A stretch of 63,285 nucleotides of DNA, counting the filler, from Octopus bimaculoides (lineage: Eukaryota), in assembly GCF_001194135.2 (NCBI RefSeq). It is 6 parts of 6 records of this genome, joined end to end, with 100 filler letters (N's around TTAATTAATTAA, not from the genome) between each part and the next. Parts side by side here need not be neighbours in the genome. Positions count along the whole stretch, not along the records: positions 39,866 to 54,778 come from NC_068989.1; positions 54,879 to 60,960 come from NW_026416016.1; positions 61,061 to 63,285 come from NC_068988.1; 3 more parts are not named here. One strand, given 5' to 3'. Each line of letters opens with the position of its first letter. Positions within the stretch are counted from its first letter, which is position 1. The notes below the pieces were generated by a model. It was not told the origin of the DNA and searched no databases. It saw nothing but the letters and a program-made list of their open reading frames with translations. Below, one piece after another: positions 53,971 to 63,285 of this stretch. The translations under genes were made by a program, and so were the position numbers.

Positions 53971-54146
53971 TGCCAATACAAAAGCAACCATACTCTGGGA
54001 TATGCCAATACAAAAGCAACCATACTCTGGGATATGCCAATACACACAGATAGAGAAATTNNNNNNNNNNACACAGAGCTGCGCTCGGTAGTGAAGTGAA
54101 AGCACGTTTTAAAAATAAAAGTACTGATCAATAATAATAATAATAA
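53971..54146 (+). mobile_element. 5'-truncated Dong family A copy spanning a small gap
   Basis: AAAGCAACCATACTCTGGGATATGCCAATACACACAGATAGAGAAATT matches 31957-32004. After the 10-N gap come the family A 3'UTR and a TAA tail. Confidence 0.85.
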
Positions 54147-54633
54147 ATGCCCGGATGCAGTACCAGGCAGTAGCTCTCATGGCTTCTGATCTTAATTGAT
54201 TGGAAGTTTTATCATGTACATTGTTTTGTCTTGTTATAAAAGATGGGCTACAGCGAATATTCTGCTTAATACCACAGATTTGCTTGTCAGTTGTTTGACC
54301 TTAACCAGTTGAGCATGTCCCTTGGTGGCTGACGATATGTGCATCTCTGATCATGAGCAGAAGTAGTGGAGGAGCATCATAGCCATGTGTTCAGAGGAAT
54401 TCTTTGGGGTTTGGATAATTTACCACAGGAAACATGGGTGTTTCATTCAACGTCCTTAAACAAACCTTATCCAGGGACCTTTTGAGCGGGATGGGCTACT
54501 CGACCTGAAGAAAATTCTAACTGAGCCCCACCTGCAAGGTCATGCGCTGTTTATCTTGATATGAGATCACCATGTCACGCACATATGGTTGTGATGCATG
54601 TGCCTGGTGTACCCTTATCAGACGGGTAGTCAT
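54147..54633 (+). mobile_element. SINE family B lacking its own 3' tail
   Basis: The body matches 34085-34455 and 27960-28090. It stops at CAGACGGGTAGTCAT and is joined to a Dong 3' end. Confidence 0.85.
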
Positions 54634-54635
54634 AT

Positions 54636-54732
54636 AAACACAGCACATACCCAAGGCGCACAGAGCTGCGCTCGGTAGTGAAGTGAAAGCACGTTATAAA
54701 AATAAAACTACTGAACAATAATAATAATAATG

Positions 54733-54778
<46 letters not shown>
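54636..54778 (+). mobile_element. Dong family A 3' end with (TAA)n tail
   Basis: CACAGCACATACCCAAGGCGCACAGAGCTGCGCTCGGTAGTGAAGTGAAAGC...CTACTGAA followed by TAA repeats. Confidence 0.88.
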
Positions 54779-55467
54779 NNNNNNNNNNNNNNNNNNNNNN
54801 NNNNNNNNNNNNNNNNNNNNNNTTAATTAATTAANNNNNNNNNNNNNNNNNNNNNNNNNNNNNNNNNNNNNNNNNNNNATTGTTTTCTGAATCATAATTT
54901 GAGTTTTTATTTTATCATATTGAATTCGCAAAGTACTGTTCGAAAGATCTAAAAACAAAATAAAACAGAAAACATATCTATTGATGGACGAGGTATGTGA
55001 AAGTTTAAAAAGCTGTTATTTAAGCTGACTCATAAGCTGTTTTCAAAAAATTAAAAATACATATAAAAACAAAATAAAATATAAATCTGTGGAGTCTATA
55101 TCCAACAAATTCGTCCAATTGATCCAAGTTTTCAATTTTTTATAATCACTAATTGACGATACAGAGAAATCAATATTTTGCCTGGATCCTGCACTTTTCA
55201 CTTTATGTGTAAAAACAAACTGTGTAAAACAGTTTGTATGCATATATATGTGTGTATATGTGTGTGTGTACAGTAATGCCATACTTTACGAGGACCTCTT
55301 ACGACACCCAGGTTTTACGAGTGTTATTCTATAATAAATATAAAAAGGATAAGCAACCATTTTGTGGAGAAAATGACGGCATAAAATTTCAATGTCTTAG
55401 CTTGCGCGTACACTTTGTTGAAGGAGACGTTTATAAGCTAATTCTTTATGCTACGTATTTTATGTTA

Positions 55468-56292
55468 CATGAAATAATGCGAGCAAGAGAAATAATATTC
55501 TTAAGATTATAAACCTGGAAAATTACAGGACAAGTTATTACACTTGGAAAAGTTTAGGACAACTTATTACATCTGGTGAAGTGCAGAAAAGAAAACTTTT
55601 ACTTAAGATATTGCAGCTAAGGATAAAATTTCAAATGAAATATTTAGATTTAGAAAATATTAGCTTTTATTAAAACTAAAAATTTTATTACAAGTTATTA
55701 CTTTTATTTGTTATTACTTGTTAAAAATTAAAAAAATAACTCAAAATATTTTTGCACTTTAAAAAAAATTCATTTTTTAATTATCAATAATTAAAAATTT
55801 GAAAATAAGTTATAAAAATAATAGTAGTACATAATTAGTTAGTACAATAAATAGAATAATACCAAAATTAGTTATACATCACAGTAAAATTTACCTAAAA
55901 CAAGAAATTCACAATAAAATGTGCTTGAGTTGGCAAGTCTTCACAATTTTACTCTTGAGCCCATGCCTATCTTTTACATAATTAATTTGCATAAAACTTT
56001 AGCTATATTGATACTTTTGGCTCACATTTTTTAATTATTCAAGTGTGTCAATATTTTAACAAAATGATGGTACCTTTTTAAATTACAATGTTACTTTGTA
56101 AATTAAATTCAAATAATTTTAGATATTCAAATTTTATCCTTAGCTGCAATATTTTAAGCAAATTTTTTTGGTTCTGTACTTTATCAGATGTAATTAGTTT
56201 TCCTGAACTTTTCCAAGTGTCATAACTTGTCCTGTAATTTTCCGGGTTTATAATCTTAAGAATATTATTTCCCTTGCTCGCATTTTCCCATG
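55468..56292. mobile_element. MITE-like element with about 175-bp TIRs, CATG termini and TA flanks
   Basis: CATG..ATGCGAGCAAG.GAAATAATATTCTTAAGATTATAAACC...GCAGCTAAGGATAAAATTT is inverted at about 56120-56292 around an AT-rich interior. Confidence 0.75.
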
Positions 56293-57306
56293 TAATCCAT
56301 GTTTTTTCCAGGTTATGTTATTATACTAATTAATAATGTGTCAAATGTGTCAATTAGCGGTGTCGTTGATAAATTTTCCTTGCCTCAATGACGCCGGTGA
56401 CATATATTAAAAGTCCCCTTTTAAAACTATATTCATAAAAGAATATAGAACTATATTATCACCCTCAAATTTGAGCAACAGACACTCATAACATTTTTCT
56501 TTTAAAACTTCATTGCATGAGATTGATTCCATAAAATTCCTTAAATTGAGTTCTATCATTTCAGCTTAATTAAAGTACGGTTTGTCTTTAAAATAAAAAA
56601 AAAGTTATACTTAAATCCAGTTTTTTTGCCTTACTTATATTTTTTCATGATATTTTACCTCACAACTATTTTGATACGATTTTTTGTTGCATGCGACCAA
56701 ACTATGAAATTCTTCATGCTTTCCTCTATCATTGAAGCTATGATAAATATATTTTGCTTTTAAAATAAAAAAGTTATTTAGATCTAAACTTGACTGGTGG
56801 CGTTACTTACTCCCCTATAATGTTGCTACAAATTTTGATATAAACTTTTTTCCACAGGATCAAATCTCAATTTTTTATGCCAAAATGTAGCTAAGTACCA
56901 GTCCTCTTCAAAAATGTTAACAGTTTTCTATTTGGTTAAGAACTGAATTATCGACAAGCTCTGAAAGATGCTGCATGTGAGTAAATTGCGGCCTTAAGAA
57001 TATTATTCAACTACTACCGTAGTTTAATGATTGTGTGGTGGAAGGGTAATTGACCGGAAGAGAGAAAGAGAGACGTCGCTAGAGGACCGGTAGTGGACGA
57101 GATGACATCACGTCGGCGAGCAACAGGGCACCTGTCTCTCTCCTTTTAGGATGTCTGTGGAAGAGGCAAGTCGTGCTGCTATCAGTATTGCGAAGTGATC
57201 CAATCTAGCGAGTGATCGGTAGAGTCAACACGTGGTAACAACTGAATGATATGGCCACGGTTTTCGTACTTTTAAACTACTCGGAATTTTTTAAACTCAC
57301 CCAATA

Positions 57307-58235
57307 TATCTAAACGAAAGTGTACAACGAACACTGACGGGAACAAAACGAAGCGATAAGCCATCACTTTAGAAACGAAGTATGAAATTGTGAAAGTGCG
57401 TTATGGTGGTACAACTGTGAAAAACATTTGTGACAAAATTTCACTTAACTCGTCAACTGTCTGCACAATTCTCAAAGAAAAACAAAAATATTTATTTCAA
57501 GTGTGAAATATGCAGCCTTTGAAATCAACCCGGGCTCGTAAAAAGGAAGTTGGAAGCATTATTCCTGAAATGGAATAAACTTTTCAATGCATTGGTAAGT
57601 GACAAAACACAACGCATGCATATGAATGTTAAGCAAGCGTCGATTTGTAGCAAAGCAGTGTCTCTTTTCAGTATGCTTAAAGAAATGAAAGGTAACACAA
57701 ACGAACCTTTTGTTGCAAGCAGATGATAGTTTGATCAATTTAAAAATCGACGTGGGTGGCATTCCGTCAAAGTACAAGAAGAAGCATCAAGAGCCGATGT
57801 CGATGCAGCAAAAACAAAAAAAAAATCCAGAAACATTGGCAGAAATAATTGNNNNNNNNNNNNNNNNNNNNNNNNNNNNNNNNNNNNNNNNNNNNNNNNN
57901 NNNNNNNNNNNNNNNNNNNNNNNNNNNNNNNNNNNNNNNNNNNNNNNNNNNNNNNNNNNNNNNNNNNNNNNNNNNNNNNNNNNNNNNNNNNNNNNNNNNN
58001 NNNNNNNNNNNNNNNNNNNNNNNNNNNNNNNNNNNNNAAAAAAAAAAAAAATAAAAAAATGCGCTGCCTAGTTTTAAGGTTGCAAAAGATCAACTGACAT
58101 TATTATTCGGAGGAAATGAATCTGGGGATTTAAAAATAAAACCGATGCTAGTTTATCGAGTGGAAAATCCAAGGTCACTTAAAGACATCTTTAAAAAGTA
58201 CTTTTCTAGTCATATGGAAATCTAATGAAAAAAGC
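57307..58235 (+). mobile_element. Tigger/pogo transposase relic (CENP-B-type HTH + DDE start) spanning a gap
   Basis: KR*AITLETKYEIV..LNSSTVCTILKEK, FDQFKNR and AKDQLTLLFGGNESGDLKIKPMLVYRVENPRSLK. Confidence 0.9.
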
Positions 58236-59164
58236 TTCCGTTGTATAATATGTTACATTTTGGAGATCTCAACATCCTAATAAAGGGTAAGACATGTCAA
58301 TAACATGATACTGAGGATATACTAAGCTAATGGAGTGGTGGGTAGAGATTTCTGTTGCAACATTGTGAGAGGTATTTCGGTTGTGGCTGATTGACGAAGT
58401 CACAGTGAATCGAGGCATTCCACACACAAGCTAGGATTAAACTGATATACTAAAGGCCAATGCTTCTCCCCAGTTTTACTTCTAGCCTCACAATTACATA
58501 TTTGTTATGGGATCATTTAGTCACGTCAATTTTGCCACTCTAACCAACATACACGTTTTATAAAATTTGAGGGTACTTTTTAAGAAGTTAGTGTGGATCT
58601 GGCTTGAGTGGAAGGTTTCCTCAGAATTTTGATCTACATCTCCCATACAACGTATTCAGCGTAAGCTGATTACTGGCCACTACCAGCACTTATGTGGCAA
58701 AATAAAATGCTGACGTGATGTTCAAATATGCTCGGGTGATACTCTCATCTACGCGGCCATGACAAAGCTGTTCAATACAAACGTACAAGTCAGAAACTTA
58801 CGGAAGGTGAAAGAATATGTGTTAGATGGTTGTGTCATCCTGCAGGTATCTGTGAGCAGTGGTTCCTACACGACCGTAACACTGTAGAGTTTAAACAATA
58901 TAATCGGTAGAGTTTAAACGGTCAGCCTGAACATTCAGGAACTCTTTTGTCTCAGACCATTTCTAAATAATACTGATCACCGTGCACAACATTTCTTAGT
59001 TTATGTCCATATAGATGTCCGTTCAAAATCATACATAGACCCCTTCAGAATACGCGTGTTGAATTATGCCGACCGCATTGTTCAAATGGTGAAACTCAGT
59101 GAATGCTCGGCAGTATTCTAGGTGCCAAATGTTTGACATTAGTTAAAAGCTGTACTTAACAGTA

Positions 59165-59372
59165 ATGGTTTCTAATATAGGCACTGGCTCCGAAATTTGC
59201 AGGGAGGAGAACCGTAGGTTATATCGACACCAGTATTCTGACGGGTACTTTATTTTTTCAACACTGAAAGAATGAAATACAAAGTTAACTTCGGTGAGAT
59301 TTGAACTCAAAACATAAAGAGCCGAAACAAATACACAACGATTTTCTCGGACCCGTCAACGATTCCGTCAAT
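59165..59372 (-). mobile_element. SINE family A (diverged)
   Basis: Reverse complement of family A. Confidence 0.7.
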
Positions 59373-59980
59373 TAAAACAACATATGAATATACTGCCTTG
59401 TATGGTTATATTGAAAAAAAAAGAGAGTATTGAAGCTCTATGTAAATGTTATTTCTACATAGATGCTACGTTAGCGTATGCACGCGTGAATTGTGTAACC
59501 TGATTATACATACAACAATATAATGAAGTGTTGTACTTGGAGATGGTCATATTTTGCCAATTAAACACACACTATATATTTGGACTTCACTTCTGCTTTA
59601 TTATTGTTTTAGTTTCTTTGTCGTCAAAGTTCTTTCGTCACACACCCTGGGACATTTTCGACGACTCTCTGTCCAACGTGTCTCCTCTTGTTCTGCTTAT
59701 TCCATCAATAAAGCTGAAGTGAAGACCGAATATATAGTACCTGCTCTTAAATGGCAAAATATACCCACCCCCAAGTATAACTGTATCTCTTTCAACACAG
59801 GATTTTGCATATAAAATTTTGCAAAACAAATACATAACCTATAATTTAGATTTTTAAGGAAACTTTTTAACGTATAGAATAGTTTATATATAACGAGATT
59901 ATATGCTAATTATTCTTAACTACTTCAGATAATTGTGATACGATACTAATTTAACTGTTGTTTCTTTTTTTGTTTTCTAG

Positions 59981-60073
59981 GTAAGGCCATCTTTCTTGTC
60001 TGAAATGATATACAGCGCAATTATGTTTTAGCTGAAAGAACGTACAAAGCATATGATGCCACACGCAGAGTCA
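59981..60073 (+). other. Candidate host-gene exon (93 nt): RS-exon or 5' leader/first coding exon
   Basis: Branch-point-like TACTAAT at 59944-59950, a long U-rich tract, TAG acceptor at 59978-59980, and CA|GTAAGT donor at 60074. Stops occur in all three frames. ATGATG at 60053 gives MMPHAES in phase 0. Confidence 0.6.
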
Positions 60074-60807
60074 GTAAGTGCTTTGACAGTTAATTGCATT
60101 TTTATCGTAAAATGAGTATCCTGTTCTTCTTGCAGCTTTTGAAAACCCTATGATAGTGAAGAATTTCTTGTTTACATATGCACACACATACACATACGCA
60201 CGCACGGACACAAATACTAACGTAACACAACGTAACGTAACATAACATAATGCTAATTACATGCGATTCAAGAAGGCTTTGGAAAACTTGTATTATTGCG
60301 AAAATATAAATGACATACATCAACACTGAATAGTTTGCAGCACATAGTAGAAAAGTTCTAAATTCAAAAGGACTGATGTTGTTTTTCCTCAGTTAGTGTT
60401 ATCCAAAACTGTGATTCCAACAAAATATATAAATTCATCACGGACAAGAAGTACCCTCAGTCAAGTCAGAATATACAATTTGTTAAACTCACAGTTATGT
60501 GTATGCAGGATTAAAAAAAAAAATTACCCGTCAGAACTTACAAAGTGTCTTAAGAGCCGAGAGTTTCGTATATGCCACTTGATAAGTAGCATATACAAAA
60601 CACTCGGACCCTGAGTAATTCTATGACTTCAGCTGATTAATATGTAAGTATGTATATATATACGTATGTGTGTATGTATGTATGTATGTATGTATGTATG
60701 TATGTATGAATGTATGTATATATGTATATATATATATGTACATATATATGTATATACATACATATATATGCATACACTCACACACATATATATACATACA
60801 TGCATAC

Positions 60808-60842
<35 letters not shown>

Positions 60843-60929
60843 CATACATATGCATATATATGTTTGTATATATATATATGTACATATGTATATATATGTG
60901 TATATATCTATATGTATATATATGTATAT

Positions 60930-60960
<31 letters not shown>

Positions 60961-61060
60961 NNNNNNNNNNNNNNNNNNNNNNNNNNNNNNNNNNNNNNNN
61001 NNNNTTAATTAATTAANNNNNNNNNNNNNNNNNNNNNNNNNNNNNNNNNNNNNNNNNNNN

Positions 61061-61121
<61 letters not shown>

Positions 61122-61548
61122 ATATATGTATGTATATATATGTATATGTATATATATATGTATGTATATATATGTATATGTATATATATATGCGTGAGTA
61201 AATATATATATATATATATATACATATACACATACATGTATATGTATACATATATATACACATACATATGGGTATATATATATATATATATATGTGCACA
61301 CATATATATATATACACACGTATATATATGTATATAAATGTGTATATATATATTTGTGTGTGTGTGTGCGTGCATATGTGTGAATGCGTGAGTGCGTGCA
61401 CATACACACATAAGTGCACACGCAACCCTCCTCCAACTGAAACACATATATGTGTATTTACAGAGAAGGAGAATGACAATAAAGATGAATAGATTGATAA
61501 AAAAAAGCAATTGATAAATATATGGAATAGACAGAGAGATAGGTAGGT

Positions 61549-61603
<55 letters not shown>

Positions 61604-62116
61604 GAGACAGAGATAGTTAAAGAACAAGAAAGAGATAGAAAGCTAGAGAAAGAGAGCGCTCTACATGTACACACACATACAAACAAACAAACACATTCAA
61701 ACAAATACGTACGTATCAGAATTCCTCAGTTGAAATCAATAGATTCATATGGATTCAAGAGTGCTTCATAAAAGCTGAATGCAATGTCTCTTGAGAACCA
61801 GAATCAAGTAACTCCGAGTAGCATCTCTTACGGAGTCAACTTTGAATTATTCATATTGCTGTACATTCCCCAGCATCACGTTTCCTTTTTTTCTGCAATT
61901 TCAACTTCCACCAGTGAGAATCCAACGCGTTCTCTATGTTGGACAAAATAATAGAAAAACCTAGCGTCAAAGCTTCATAATTTTGAAATATCTATAAAAC
62001 CGTCAAAAGCTTGCTCATTTTTATGTTTATTGATTTATTAAGTGTTGCTTAATATGTTTTGCTAAAATTGCTGTTTCTTTTGAGATATCAGAAAAAGGTA
62101 ATTAAAATTCATTAAA

Positions 62117-62282
62117 ACGACAGATCTATCGGACTTTCAAAGAAGTCAAATTGTTGGTGCTCGATGGCAGGCGCTAGCGTAACGAAAGCAGCTGAAATGC
62201 TTGGTGTATCAAGAAGTACTGTGTATCGAAAGTAATGACAGTCTTTGAGAAAGAGGCAAAAACCTCCTCATCGAAACAAAAC

Positions 62283-62283
<1 letters not shown>
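62117..62283 (+). mobile_element. Tc1 transposase N-terminal (paired-like HTH) fragment
   Basis: TDLSDFQRSQIVGARMAGASVTKAAEMLGVSRSTVSKVM (small frameshifts), truncated by a microsatellite. Confidence 0.85.
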
Positions 62284-62331
<48 letters not shown>

Positions 62332-62869
62332 TCCTCATTTATATATCTTTTCATTCCTACAAAACTACAATAATCTTATACTAGATTGATTATTTAAATT
62401 CCACTATTATTTCTCTTTTGATAATTTTCTTTTTCTCCTGTTTATACTTTATATAATAAGAATAATATAATGCACCTATTAATAATAATAATTGATTCCG
62501 TTGTATGCATATACCTATATGTATAATTGCAAGTACCTTAATTTTATCTACCAAATACTTCAGTTCACTGAAGGGATGGAAATAAAGTGGGGTACTATGA
62601 CCTCTTGGCTGAAACAGCTGTAAGAAACTATTCTAGTTTCTATGTTCTACGTTATATATTTTGATAATTACTGGTATTTTTATATATGTAAAGCATAATC
62701 TTATACATGTATGTATATTGTTATAATTGTTTTTTTTTTAAATAAATAAATAGACATAATATAATGTCTAAAAGTTGATGACTACCACCTCTTGATCCCC
62801 TCCATTTTCTNNNNNNNNNNNNNNNNNNNNNNNNNNNNNNNNNNNNNNNNNNNNNNNNNNNNNNNNNNN

Positions 62870-62911
<42 letters not shown>

Positions 62912-63248
62912 GGCGTGTATGTGTGATTTTTATATATACATATAACATTATATAATTTACATAGATATTATATACATATACGTATATCTTATGTATTATA
63001 TGTATACGTATGCATTACATATACAAGCATATATATATACATATATGCATGTATGTTTGAGTAAGTATGTGTACACACACTCTCTCCCTATCTCTCACAC
63101 ACACAAACACACAGAGAAATAGTTAATTGGATAAATATCTAGATATGTACGAAGAGAGGGTAATAAGAGAGAAAGGGAGAAGGAATGAGCATGTGATAGA
63201 GAAAGACAGACAGAGAAGAGAGAGAGATACAGAGAGAGAGATCGAGAC

Positions 63249-63285
<37 letters not shown>

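Noticed and set aside
58240-59150. Possible CR1-like LINE remnant (LRGHDK)
   Set aside because: Only one weak motif, with no ordered series of conserved blocks.

Overview
AT-rich, microsatellite-dense animal genomic DNA, most likely a coleoid cephalopod (Octopus-type tRNA-derived SINE families recognised from memory, not by database search). It is a fragmented scaffold with many N gaps and five artificial 100-bp joins (44 N + TTAATTAATTAA + 44 N), so order across those joins is not sequence-supported. No intact protein-coding gene is present. Nearly all long ORF-track entries are translations of microsatellites, N runs or decayed transposons. The window is a transposon graveyard: four SINE families, a near-full-length decayed R4/Dong LINE (about 28.6-32.4 kb) plus several Dong 3' ends, L1-Tx1, RTE, Penelope-like, Helitron, mariner, Tc1 and Tigger relics, and several foldback/MITE elements. 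The best host-gene signal is one + strand exon at 59981-60073. Its strong 3' splice site is followed immediately by GTAAG and it has stops in all three frames, which is the architecture of a recursive-splicing site with an RS-exon; a leader exon starting MMPHAES is an equally plausible reading. Other notable items: a head-to-tail pile-up of TAA-tailed retroposons (53.0-54.8 kb), a foldback element with a 7-bp TSD nested in a SINE, and a composite inverted duplication (47.6-50.4 kb). I cannot claim a demonstrated new system. Most coordinates were read by eye and are approximate to about 10-20 bp.
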